Assembly (NCBI GenBank): GCA_951406725.2 | Contig: OX597835.1 | Span: 31,930,001 to 31,994,000, forward strand | From: Octopus vulgaris | Taxonomy: Eukaryota | Length of the DNA stretch: 64,000 nucleotides | Reading direction: 5' to 3' | In this document: in pieces, positions 12,590 through 25,142 of the stretch | How the letters are laid out: each line of letters begins with the position of its first letter | Position numbering within the stretch: the first letter of the stretch is position 1 | Translations under genes and position numbers: made by a program | The notes under the pieces: model-generated | Seen by the model: only the letters and a program-made list of their open reading frames with translations | Told to the model about the DNA's origin: nothing | The model's database searches: none

Positions 12590-13320
12590 TGAATAAATAA
12601 ATAAATGGAGTTGAACGAAGATGTTAATAAAATTATTTTACTTTCGACATATGCTTCGAAGACAACATGGTTTTATTTCAAAGGAATAAACGGTGTAAAA
12701 TGCAATCTTCTTATCAACAACAAGACATTATAACAGTTACGATGACTGCCTACATGATAAACAGAAAGTCATTAAGTATTTTAAAAAACCGTTAGTAATT
12801 TGACGTCAAAGGCAGATAGGAGGACGAGAAGGGTTAAAGGAATAATAAGTACAGAACAAATAGAGAGGGATACGTTGATTTAAAAAACGTTCAAAGGCTT
12901 AGAAATAGACTTCTCTATTGAAGTAAAGTGCAAGTTAAACTAACTGTTCAAACTATAAAGACTGGCGAAATCACTTATATGAGTAAAATGTATGTTTCTG
13001 CCAGTGTTAACATTTGTACGATTTCTCTGTAAGTGTATTAACAAGGTGATTCTTAGAGAAGAGAATATAGAAGAGTTCAGAGTTGCAAATGTTACAAAAT
13101 CTCTTGCCCTTATCGAAAGGAAAGGATACGGACAGTATGAAGCAATCTAACTTAAAATCTTTATTGTTGTCTTTAAGATGCCAAACCAATTTACTTAACC
13201 CTGTACTATGGCGTGTTTTGCTATCCCTAACTGATGAATAATGATCTGAAATTCTCTTGGATAACTGGGAAGTGGACGCGCCTATGTAGACTCAGAGTAC
13301 CAGTGTTTGAATAAAGCTGC
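12590..13320 (-). mobile_element. Naiad-type PLE 3' remnant (GIY-YIG C-terminus plus pLTR with degenerate hammerhead)
   Basis: ORF 13007-13189 (VWHLKDNNKDFKLD..ILSVSFPFDKGKRFCNICNSELFYI) matches the C-terminus of ORF 37720-38721. 12600-12800 matches 39120-39340. Confidence 0.9.
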
Positions 13321-13364
13321 TTTGATCCATATTTATACACACACACGCACACATACACACATAC

Positions 13365-13490
13365 AACTCGATCACGAGAGAATGAAAGATGAAGTCGACT
13401 TCAGCGGAATTTGAATTCCGAATTTGAAGACGGACGAAATACCGCCACGTATTTTCGCAGACGTGTTAAAAATTCTGCCAGGTCACCACT
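13365..13490 (-). mobile_element. SINE family B fragment
   Basis: aaagatgaagtcgacttcagcggaatttgaa...gacggacgaaatacc. Confidence 0.75.
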
Positions 13491-13507
13491 TTTCAATTAG
13501 ACATGAT

Positions 13508-13827
13508 TTTATCTATTTATTTATGTGTCTTTTTTCAAACCTAGCCAGGCTCGTGGGCCCAGATTCCCGGTGTCTGTGACGTATGTGTCCCGCCCACAGG
13601 TGGACGGGACACCAGTCCATCGTAGAGTTTCTCAAGAAACAGGAAGAAAGAGTGAGAGAAAGTTGGGGCGAAAGAGTACAACAGGGGTCGCCACCACCCC
13701 TGCCGGAGCCTCATGGAGCATTAGGTGTTTTCGCGCAATAAACCACACAACGCCCGGTCTGGGAATCAAAACTGCGATCCTCCGACCGCGAGTCCGCTGC
13801 CCTAACCACTGGGCCATTGCACCTCCA
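13508..13827 (-). mobile_element. tRNA-derived SINE family C
   Basis: Head ggaggtgcaatggcccagtggttagggcagcggactcgcggtc... TSD caattagacat(g/a)at. Confidence 0.85.
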
Positions 13828-13841
13828 CAATTAGACATAAT

Positions 13842-14168
13842 ATTGGATTCAAATTTTGGCACGGTCCAGCAATTTCGGGAAGGAGATACGTCGATTGCAT
13901 CGACCTCAAAGCTCAGCTTTATTTATTTTATCGATCGCGAAAGGATGAAATTCAAACCCGACAACCGCAGAATTGAAACTCAGAACTGAAGACAGACAAT
14001 ATACTGCTAAGCATTTCCCCCGTCATGCTAAATATTCAGCCACCTCATCGCCTCACAATCAGACATAATCCTTTCTACTATAAGAACAAGGCCTGAATTT
14101 TGTGGGAGAGGTGTAGTCAATTACATCGACCTTAGTGATCAACTGGTACCTATTTTATCGACCCTTCA
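13842..14168 (-). mobile_element. Two successive SINE family B insertions
   Basis: Family B motifs separated and bounded by caat(t/c)agac motifs. Confidence 0.75.
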
Positions 14169-14308
14169 CAATCAGACCTAGTATTTATAGTTTTGACGAT
14201 AGACGAAATCTTTCGTTAAAACTCTACGGTCATTGCTTGCACCAAAATATACATAAGACAAATGAGTCTTACTTTGCTCTTGCTGATGAGCTCATCCCGT
14301 AAATAATG

Positions 14309-15826
14309 TTGGGTCATTCTATAAGTAATACAGTTTTTCAGTTGCATGAACTAAAAGTCGGAGGGTGACGGGATAAAATACACGCATCAACTTGTAATAA
14401 AAGCAGGGAGTAATTTTACCTTGAACTTATTCTGAGTGCAAGTTTTGAAGAGTGCAGTTCGATTTTAACAGTTATTTTTTCAAAGCTATAATGCAAGTGA
14501 CAAAGGAGCCTACTCGGCATATTTTGCATTTTGATTTCAATAAAGGCAACAATGCAACGGAAAGTGCGAGGAATATTAATGCAGCATATGCGGGTTGGAC
14601 ATAAGCGTAAACCGGTATCAACGGTGGTTCCAGAAATTCCGAAACGGAAACTATAGCCTAGAAGATAAGCCACGCCCTGGAAGATGTGTAGAGCTCTACG
14701 AGGACGTCTTGCAAACCCTGCTGGAACAAAATTACATCGTGACTGTTGTGAAACTAGAAGAGAAGCTTGGATTTGGTCATTCAACCATTCATCGACAGCT
14801 GCGTGCCATCGGAGAAATTAGCAAATTGGATCAATAGGTTCCTCACGAACTTTCCAAGTCTAATCATACGTAGAGAGTGAATGTGTGCTTTTCTTTGCTG
14901 CTACGTCTCACAAATGAATCTGTTTTGGGACCGAATACTGACTGATGACGAGAAGTGGGTTCTCTATAAAAAATGTCAAGCACTGAAGAGAGAGGATAGC
15001 GAAAGGAGAAACACCAGCATCCCAAGCTAAAGAAGGTCATCACCCACGTAAGGTATTGTTATCGGATTGGTGGTATATGAAAGGTTTACAGGGCGGCGAG
15101 GTGGCAGAATCGTTAGCACGCCGGGCGAAATGCTGAGCGGTATTTCGTCTGCCGTTACGTTATGAGTTCAAATTCCGCCGAGGTCGACTTTGCCTTTCAT
15201 AATTTCGGGGTCGATTAAATAAGTACCAGTTACGCACTTAATCCGTTTGGTTGTCCTTGTTTGTCCCTTCTGTGTTTAGCCCCTTGTGGGTAGTAAAGAA
15301 ATAGGTATAGGAAAGGTTTAGTCCACTTTAAACTTTTAAACCCAAAACTAACAATAACAAAGGAGATCTACTGCGAGTAGCTTCAGCGGTTTAAGTCAGC
15401 GCTAGAAGAAAAATGACCATTTTTGGATTCAAGGCGAATGGTGTTCTTCCATCAGGATAATGTTCAGCCACATACAGCGAGGATGACATTCAAACGCTGG
15501 AGCAGTTTGAAAGGGAAACGACAACCCACCCACCATATATGCCAGACATTGTCCCATCTGATTATCATTTATTCCACAGTCTTCAAAATCATTTGAACGG
15601 GAAAATATGAATTCTATAGATGAGGTTAGAACAATACAGGAGTAGTATTTTTCGTGACGGACAAGTGAATTTTGTAAGAGGGGCCTTAAAAGCCTACCAG
15701 ATAGATGGAAGAGCATTGTAAAAAATGAAAGAGAGTATATTTTAAATTAAAAAAGAACTTTGTTTATCTTGATTTTGACAAATAAAAGAAATATTTAAAA
15801 AACGTATTATTTATGGGATGACCCAA
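14309..15826 (+). mobile_element. Mariner DNA transposon, decayed full-length copy (with SINE insertion)
   Basis: TIRs ttgggtcattctataagtaat / attatttatgggatgacccaa|TA. Transposase remnants QRWFQKFRNGNYSLEDKPRPGR, VPHEL, TDDEKWV, HQDNV.PH, PYMPDIVPSDY. Many stops and frameshifts. Confidence 0.95.
15092..15308 (+). mobile_element. tRNA-derived SINE family B (Nin/Deu-like domain) inserted in mariner
   Basis: ggcggcgaggtggcagaatcgttag...gagttcaaattc...ggtcgactttgcctttcat. TSD ggtatatgaaaggttta/ggtataggaaaggttta. Confidence 0.9.
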
Positions 15827-16069
15827 TAGAATGAGAAATATCATGTCAATAGATGCAAATTTATAATTCAATTTCTTATGGATGGGACGGTTCGATGGAT
15901 TCTATATGTATCTAATCATTTACGTTCACAATATCAGATAGGACATTTTGCTTCAGTCATTTTTTTTCTACGATATGATTACTGTACGGGTCTGTACGTC
16001 GAATATTTCTTTTATAAAATGGTTACTTTTTAGGAATAAATGGGCTTTTGCGACAAATAAGTTGAAATC

Positions 16070-16201
16070 ATAGTAGTAGTAGTAGTAATAGTAGTAGTAG
16101 TAGTAATAGTAGTAGTAGTAGTAGTAGTAGCAGTTATTGTCGTTATTATTTTTCTTCTTCTTCTTCTTTTTCTTCCTCTTCTTCTTCATATTATTATTAT
16201 G

Positions 16202-16266
<65 letters not shown>

Positions 16267-16275
16267 CATCATTCT
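16070..16275. repeat. (TAG)n(TTC)n(TTA)n microsatellites
   Basis: Directly visible. Confidence 0.95.
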
Positions 16276-16643
16276 TATTACTATACGCTGCTATTATCAT
16301 ATCGTACATATTGTATCACCCAGATGAATAATGGAATTATAAAGTAGATGAGATCAATTTATCAATCTGAAATAAAATATTAAAAAAAAACTGACGGTCT
16401 ACATATTCACATATCCATTAGTCTATATACCTACATGTCCGACCTACTGCATGTGTGCGTATGTGTGTGTATATATGTATGTTTGTATATATATTATATA
16501 TATTATGTGTATATATACTTAAATATATATATATATATATATATGTGTATATATATATATACACATACATATCTATATATCGACCCACGCACACAACGTA
16601 AGTATGTCACGTTGTAAGCAAATATATATATATATATATATAT

Positions 16644-16718
<75 letters not shown>

Positions 16719-16971
16719 TTCATTCCATTACGTATGTTGAAATATCTACACATTCTCCTTTGTGTAAATTAGGCGTATGTGTAGGTTTGTCATCTGGAAA
16801 ATAATTGCAAAATAGAATAACAAAATATATTCATAGAGTGAAATATGGGTGTTTATTCACAGATGCACACACACACACACTTGTGTGTGTGTTTGCTTGA
16901 ATTTATAAATAAATATATATATATACATACATGCTGCGTGCCATACACGCAAACACATACAAACACACACA

Positions 16972-17022
<51 letters not shown>

Positions 17023-17228
17023 GTATGTATGTATGTATGTGTTTATGTATGTATATCTGAAGCACAATCTGCATTCTCTTAATATCAGTGAATCAAAAGC
17101 AAAAAGAACATAACAAGAACAACAACAGCAATTACAACTGGAAAACCATACTATGTTCCCCGTAACAATAAAGAAACCATCAAGAACTATAAAGCTTTCA
17201 ATAACCAGCAACGCATATAGAAATGACA

Positions 17229-17522
<294 letters not shown>

Positions 17523-17724
17523 TCTTTAAAGTGACTATGTCAAAAATATTTTTAAAACGAAAAATACTTTTCGTTTTGAAAATTATTAGTAATACGAATA
17601 ATTTCAAATATTTATCAATAGAAAGAGAGTGAGAAGAATTGATAGGTTTAGTTCAGTTTGGAAAGTTTTCCATATTTAAATTAACGCCATGTTTTGTTAT
17701 TTGGCTTCTGTTTATGTTAACGAT

Positions 17725-17757
17725 TTCATATACATATATATGGACACATGTATAGAA

Positions 17758-17799
<42 letters not shown>

Positions 17800-18327
17800 A
17801 TATATATGGAGAGATACATACATATATATATATATTTACATTTCTATTTATAGGTATATATATATATATATATACATAAATATATATTTATATATATATG
17901 TTTATATGCATATATATACATATATATACATACACGTATACACACACACATATATACATGTACATAAATATATATGTGTGTATATATATATACATATATA
18001 TATATATAGAGAGAGAGAGAAGCGTACATACACACATATAGATATGATACATGTACATGTATATATATATATGTGTGTCTGTCTGTCGGTCAGCGCACGC
18101 GTATGTATATGTGTATATATATCTAGTTAACCGCATGTGTATGTGTTTGTACATATATGCATGCATGTATGTATTATATATGTATGTGTGTGTGGGGTGC
18201 AACATTCCTGCAGCGATTTAGCTAATGTGATTTTAACATGCGATATATTTGTACACAATAAACAATATCAATAATTAGAATCTCTGTCATTTTTATAGAT
18301 TTACCTATCCACACACTGTCATATATC

Positions 18328-18360
<33 letters not shown>

Positions 18361-18419
18361 ATATATGTATATATATATGTATATATATGTATATATATAT
18401 ATGTATATATATATATGTA

Positions 18420-18500
<81 letters not shown>

Positions 18501-18552
18501 ATATGTACATGCATGTATGAATATATATGCATATGTATATATATGTATATAC

Positions 18553-18600
<48 letters not shown>
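17725..18600. repeat. Degenerate (TA)n/(TG)n field
   Basis: Directly visible. Confidence 0.9.
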
Positions 18601-19084
18601 ATGTATCTATGCATGCATTTATACCTCTGTTTGTACGCATGCGTATAATACGTATACCATGTGTGTGCATGTATGATTTGCGACCTCTTTACTTTTCCTA
18701 TTTCTTACCAATAGGAGCCAGTTTCTATCACAGGTCGAAAACTCTTCTATTACAATAAAAGCTACATGATTATATAGGTGTATGTAAGTAAATTTCTACG
18801 TCCAAGTGCATATACCTGTAGGTCCCTACGTGTGCGATCGTACTCACTTTGTGATTATCTAAGATCTTCACAGAGATGAAGTCAATCATGCACAATATGA
18901 CAATGTTCCCCTGTTTTCTGTTGCTACTATATTTATATATATATATATATGCATGTATATATATATATAACGGGAAGCTTTATGAAAATAAACAAAAGAC
19001 GAAGGCAGGTGGAAAACAAACGAACAATAGTAGTAGTATATATATATATATATATACTTTATTTTAAGCAGCAGAAAATTCAAC

Positions 19085-19131
19085 AAAATCTGTTACTCTG
19101 AGTTTCTCGTTGCCGTTCATCAGACAGTTTT
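19085..19131 (-). ncRNA. Minimal type-I hammerhead ribozyme in a PLE pLTR fragment
   Basis: Minus strand aaaactgt CTGATGA acg-gcaa-cga GAAA ctc-a-gag TA acagatttt. Embedded in (TA)n. Confidence 0.75.
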
Positions 19132-19218
19132 TGCTAGAATTTATATATATATAATTATTTGAATGATATGTACCTCTTAAATGGATGTCAATATATAAAC
19201 CTCTCCATTTTCAATTTT

Positions 19219-19263
<45 letters not shown>

Positions 19264-19269
19264 TATATC

Positions 19270-20040
19270 GTATCTGTGTTTAGCCCCATATGGGTAGTAA
19301 AGAAATAGAAATAGGTATTTCTTCTACCGCTACGTTCTGAGTTCAAATTCCACTGAGGTCAACTTTGCCTTTCACCCTTTCGGGGATACGCACTAGGGTC
19401 GATGTAATCGACTTAATCCCTTAGTCTGTCCGTGTTTGTCGCTGAGCGAAATGCTTAGAGATATTTCGTCTGTCGTTACGTTCTGAGTTCAAATTCTGCC
19501 GAGGTCAACTTTACTTTTCGTCATTTCGGAGTCGATAAATTAAGTTCCATTTACGCACTGGAGTTGATGTAATCGACTTAATCTCTTTGTCTGTCCTTGT
19601 TTGTCCCCTCTATGTTTAGCCCCTTGATGGCAATAGAGAAATAAGAAACATTATCACGCCGGGCGAAATGCTTAGCGGTATTTCGTCTGCCGTTATGTTC
19701 TGAGTTCAAATTCCGCCGAGGTCGACTTTACCTTTCGTCCTTTCGGGGTCGATAAACTAAGTTCCAGTTACTTACTGGGGCCGATCTAATCGACTGGCCC
19801 CCTCCCCCAAAATTTCGGGCCTTGTGCCTAAAGGAGAAAAAGAACCGTTACACGCCGGGCAAAAGTCTTAACGGCATTTTGTTTGTCTTTACGTTCAGAG
19901 TTCAAATGCCGCCAGGGTCGACTTTGCCTTCTATCCTTCGGGATCAATGAAATAAGTACCAGTTGAGCATTGGAGTCGATGTATTCGACGTGCACCCTCC
20001 ACCGAAATCAATGGCCTTGTGCCAAGATTTGAAACCAATA
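19270..20040 (+). mobile_element. Head-to-tail array of about 4-5 SINE family B units
   Basis: Repeated tacgttctgagttcaaattc..gaggtc(a/g)actt core near 19330, 19480, 19700 and 19890. Confidence 0.9.
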
Positions 20041-20818
20041 TTTCTGAAACAACTACCTTTTTAGCAAAACCTTTACAAAAACTGTGTAACCAGTCCTTGA
20101 GGTGCATCATTGGTACGCTTTTTATTTACAAGTTTAAATGAGGGTCTTCCCCCTTAATATTTATAACTATGCTTATAGATCTTGCTTAGAAATATAAAGA
20201 CATCTTCTACTTGAACGTTTTGAGTGAATAGCTTCTTTTCTCACATCTCTCTGCTAAGACATAAATGATCACATTTTAGAGGATTAGATGGATATAATAT
20301 TTGATCTTTTCTTTGTCTCATTGTTCAGTGATTCTAAGACATATCTTGTTCAAGTAAACATTAGCTTCATCCTCGGAGAATATACTAATCTGTATCTGTC
20401 AAGCTTTTGAAAAAAAACATTTTATGTTATCACACTGTTCTACACACACTCGTCTATTTATTAATCTAAGTAGGCCCCCGGGAATATAAAATAATATGGC
20501 AACCCACACATATTAATACTATGCAAAGAGACGTTTTGTTTTTGGTTCTGGTTTTCTTATTTAATTTTTAAGTATCTCGCCTGACGTCTGAAGTAATCCG
20601 GATTCTTATATTTTGATTCGAAAGTCAATGACCAACAGTTATTTAGTGTATCTGTTAGTAACATCTACATCTTGGATTAGCGACAAAACATGAGATTGCT
20701 ACGAAGTTGTTCACCTGTTTACAATAAAACATAACTTGTACAAAATTGTACGTGCAGTTTGTGTGAGATGTAGAATGCAGCGTACATCTTACCATACGTC
20801 TTAGATAAGCAAAAAAAA

Positions 20819-21233
20819 GGATCTTTTCGGTTTGAACGGCAGTTTTTCCTAGCGGTGTCATATGAAATTGTCACCCATAATTATGACCCTAGTATCGATC
20901 TATTGCATTTCAATCTGTTATGGTTAGTGTTAAGGGTGGGGGAAGGGTATCTCTTTTTCTTCAGAAATGTAAATAACCCCAATCTGTTTCTTAAACGAGG
21001 GACATATTCATACGGCACAGAATGTTTTCTACCTCAATAGACGTCAGTGATTGGTTAAAATTGCAGAAATTGAAGAAAAACAACAACAAATATCTTACAA
21101 ACTATAGAATTTTCTCAATAAAGCCAAGAGAAAAAGATGTTTTATAAACACATTCTACCAGTATACGAAGTTTAAAAGTGTTTAATTACGTGGAAATTAT
21201 TTGAAATAACTGCTGTTCAAACCGATAAGATCC
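20819..21233 (+). mobile_element. MITE with 26-30-bp TIRs, GG termini and 8-bp TSD (Merlin-like), copy 1
   Basis: ggatcttttcggtttgaacggcagtt / aactgctgttcaaaccgataagatcc. TSD aaaaaaaa/aaataaaa. Reverse copy at 57622-58025. Confidence 0.9.
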
Positions 21234-21440
21234 AAATAAAATCATGTACCCCAAGGCACGTATTAAAATCACGGTATAGGCACGCCTTAAATGCACTTCT
21301 CATATGTGTGCCGAGTCATGACTGACAGGGGAGCATTTCTCGTCATCGCTACCAACAACCATAACAGCAACAAGTATAACAATTGAAATAATTGTTTCTA
21401 ATTTTGGTACAAGGCTAGTATTTATAACCCTATCTATGCT

Positions 21441-21472
<32 letters not shown>

Positions 21473-21480
21473 TATATTTC

Positions 21481-21718
21481 TATCTTATTTCTTGACTGCC
21501 CACAAGGGGCTACACACAGAGGGGACAAACAAGGACAGACAAACGGATTAAGTCGATTATATCGACCCCAGTGCGTATCTAGTGCTTATTTAATTTACCT
21601 CGAAAGGATGAAAGGCAAAGTCGACCTCGGCAGAATTTGAACTCCTAACGTAATGGCAGACGAAATACGGCTACGCATTTCGCCCGGCGTGCTAACATAT
21701 CTGCCAGCTCGCCGCCTT
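21481..21718 (-). mobile_element. SINE family B, full length
   Basis: Reverse complement of the 15092-15308 type. Confidence 0.9.
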
Positions 21719-21719
21719 C

Positions 21720-21837
<118 letters not shown>

Positions 21838-21929
21838 CTATCTATCTATCTGTCTGTCTGTCTGTCCGTCTGTCTGTCTGTCTATCTATCTGTCTGTCTG
21901 TATGTATGTATTAAAGGTATGCATGTCAG

Positions 21930-22275
21930 CATATTAATTTCACGAGCAGGTTGTACCGTTGATCGAACTAACTCTAACACTGTCCGTCCTAACCGATGGA
22001 AATAAGGGCGGATCATGCAGCTCCAAGACTGCGATGATTTGATTGCTAATTTTTAGAATGACATTGTAGAGTAGCTTTGAAATGTTGGATCTTGCCTGGT
22101 ACAGCATAAAACTGGAAGAATATATAGGTTGGATATGGAGGTTTTAAACACTATCTTTAATGGCACTTCATCGGTTACAACGACGAATGTTCCAGTTGAA
22201 CCGATCAACGAAACGAACTGCTCACGAAGTTATCGGGCAAGTAGCAGGAGAACACTCCAGATATGTATACTCTTA
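21930..22275. mobile_element. Two inverted SINE 3'-domain fragments (ttaatttcacgagcagg...gttgatcg type)
   Basis: 21933-22000 (+) and 22162-22275 (-) are homologous to 45925-46006. Confidence 0.65.
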
Positions 22276-22388
22276 ATACATGCATACGTTCGTACATACA
22301 CACATACATACATACATACATACATACATACATACATACATACATACATACATACATACATACATACATACATACATACATACATACA

Positions 22389-22898
22389 TGGTGGCTGCCT
22401 CCTCGTTATCGAGTATGGCCATTGCACGAAGCTTAATCAATGTTGTTACCGTGCAATGCCTGTGCAAGAAGATTTTTTCTAAAGTGAGGCAAGGCTGTGC
22501 ACTGAATCAATCCCACTCACTAAGCAACAGCAGCCATAATCCGAAAAGAAGAATAGGCCAACGTCATCGGTAATCACTGAGCCGCAGGTTTTATGTCGGA
22601 GTTATCCCAGTTACCTGAATTACCATCTCCTAGTAGGATTCCCTAACAAATGCTAGAAGTCCTTCACTCCCAATGGTTTAACCGCGCGGTCGGGTATTCA
22701 GTCCGATTATCTCTAAGCCCCTGCGCATGATACAGCCTTAAGACATTTATTGGATGGCTGTTGACTCTCAAGAGTTCCTCCGCCCTTTGACGGGTTTTGT
22801 TTTTCATCTCGCAGGGTGTCCAATAAACACCCTCCTCCGACCATGCAACAGGTTGTACTGGGTTATATGTTACCAGTAGCACTCGACAGTGACCTGAC
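22389..22898 (-). mobile_element. (TATG)n-associated retroposon, copy 2
   Basis: Reverse homologue of 8303-8800, with (CATA)n on both sides. Confidence 0.85.
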
Positions 22899-22933
22899 AT
22901 AACATACATACATACATACATACATACACACAC

Positions 22934-22965
<32 letters not shown>

Positions 22966-22982
22966 GCATACATACATAAGTA

Positions 22983-23362
22983 TAGGGTGATTGAAAAGTA
23001 GCTCCCTGTTGAAAACTAAGACCCTATTTTAAAATAGTTATAAATTATTTATTTATTGTAATTTTTGCAAAATAATGGATAAGAGACAAGCTTGTAGTAT
23101 GAGTTTTATTTCTATTTCAAAAAAACAATCCAAAAAATTTCAGAAGAAATTACAATTAATAATCCCTCGCCATATCATTGTTTATCATTTAAGCTTACGT
23201 CGATTCCTTCGTGGTGTTGTTTTGCATTTAAACTTATACAGTGCTGTTTCTACTTCGCGGATTTTCACCTATTGCGGTGGGTTTTGGAACGCAACACCCG
23301 CATTAGTCGAGGGATTACTGTATAAACATAGTAAAATAGTGAGTTACTTTCCAATCACCCTA
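22983..23362. mobile_element. Tc1/mariner-type MITE
   Basis: TIRs tagggtgattgaaaagtagctc / gagttactttccaatcacccta, TA-like flanks. Confidence 0.75.
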
Positions 23363-23392
23363 CACATATACACACACACACACACACACACT

Positions 23393-23432
<40 letters not shown>

Positions 23433-23435
23433 CAG

Positions 23436-23733
23436 GTGGAGGTACATGGCCTAGTGATTAGAGCAAAGAACTCGCGGTCGAGGGATCGCGGGTTCGAATC
23501 TCAGACCAGGTGATGTGTGTGTGTTTATGAGCGAAACACCTAAGCTTCATGCGGCTCCGGCAGAATGTAATGGCGAATTTCTGCTGACTCTTTCGCCACA
23601 ACTTTCTCTCATTCTTTCCTCCTGCATCTTGCAGCTCACCTGCGACGGTCCGGCATCCTGTCCAGGTGGAGAACCTATAGGCCAAGGAAACCGGGAAACC
23701 GGCACTTATGAGCCAGGCATGACTCGAGAAGGA
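23436..23733 (+). mobile_element. SINE family C
   Basis: A box tggcctagtg, B box ggttcgaatct. Homologous to 13508-13827. Confidence 0.85.
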
Positions 23734-23938
23734 ATACACATATATACAGAGAGAGAGAGAGAGACCCATAGATATCGTTATAGATATATCGGGTTGACCA
23801 AGGAGTTCTCTCGTTTTTTTAAGCGAAATTAAGACGAAAGTTTAAAGCAGAAAGTGACTTATTCAATCTGTGATACAATTGTCATTTCCTTCCGGAAGAA
23901 TGACATGTACAACACACTTTTGGCAACGGTGTACACAA

Positions 23939-24046
23939 GAGCAATGCGAAATAAGGTGTCTTTCTCAAGGGCACAACACACCGCTGGCGATTGAACTCAC
24001 GGCCTTACGATCATAAGCCAGACACCGAAACCACTAAACCACGCAC
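23939..24046 (-). mobile_element. SINE head fragment (family C related)
   Basis: gagcaatgcgaaataaggtgtctttctcaagggcacaac...aaccactaaaccacgc, similar to 728-846. Confidence 0.65.
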
Positions 24047-24734
24047 TTAAAGGTTTATTTAAAGAATATTCTGGTTTGTCAATCTCTTCAACCGAGGTAA
24101 CATACAACGTCTAAAATAACTATTTTCCTCACACATAACACCAAACAAAGAACACGTGTAAAATTAAATCCTAAAGAGAAATAAGCCATATTCAGGTGTT
24201 TATATATGGTTTTCGTTGTTGTTTTTTTACACTTTCCTTTTGTTTGTTTTTCCCTTTTCCTTTTGTTTTCTGTTCACCAACATCCGGCAACCTATCCTTG
24301 TTAACTGGAGTGAATATAGGAAAGCAAACAGCAAGTTTTTATTTGATTCCCTTCAGAACAGTCGCTGAAAATGTTGGCTCTATCACTTCAATAACTCTTA
24401 CCATGAGAATGATTTCATGCTTGCAATCCCTTAATGGTTGTTATTCTGTATCGTACGTATAAGTGTTATTCTATGTCGCACGCATGTGGTGGGTGTATAG
24501 GCTTATATGCATGTGGAGGTGCGGTGGCGAGTTTTTGAACGTGTATTTGTATGTGTGTATCTGTGTGTGTCTGTCAGTGTGTGTTTGTGTGGGAGTGTGT
24601 GTACATAAGTGTAGTCCTCTCGGTCGTTTTCCTAGAAATCCAGGGAGCAACATGTTAAAATCAATATGTCGAAGAGTTATTCCTTAAAAGAAATTTAATA
24701 TTGTCACGTTCACCGTTTTAGTTTTTGTTGCTAT

Positions 24735-25050
24735 TTTAATAGCACTACTACAACTACCACTACTGTATGTACTACTACCACCAACACCACCATAACTATC
24801 ACCAATACAACCACCAGCACTACCGCCACCATCATTACCCACCCCACTTCCGTTTCCATTACCACTTCTACTACTGCCTCCACCACTAATGCTATTACTA
24901 ACACTGCCACCACAACCACTATTACTAATACGGATGCAACCACCACTAACGCCAACACTACTGCTAATAGCACCATCATCACCACTACTCCTTCTTTATT
25001 ATGCAGTTTTTGCTGCAGCTGTATCCACAACTACTACCGCAACTAATGCT
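24735..25050. repeat. Degenerate (ACC/ACT)n tract
   Basis: Directly visible. Confidence 0.85.
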
Positions 25051-25142
25051 ATGAATTGTTGTTACTAACTCTGTTATATATCATTTGTATTGAATTTCCA
25101 AGACTCAAATCGATGTCCAGGAGAAGCGAGCAAAATAAAGGA

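Noticed and set aside
13007-13009. In-frame stop near the Naiad KCxH motif as selenocysteine recoding
   Set aside because: The codon is TAA at a Lys position (KCKH in the other copy), not TGA at a Cys.
13750-13828. tRNA genes (also at 23436, 44700 and 770-846)
   Set aside because: A and B boxes are present but continue into SINE bodies, and no complete cloverleaf or acceptor stem was seen.
19270-20040. CRISPR-like array
   Set aside because: The units are ~200-bp SINE copies without unique spacers. The context is eukaryotic and there are no cas genes.
20040-20500. Possible very old PLE endonuclease remnant on the minus strand
   Set aside because: Only faint motif similarity (EAIH, IN.KG), insufficient without an HMM search.
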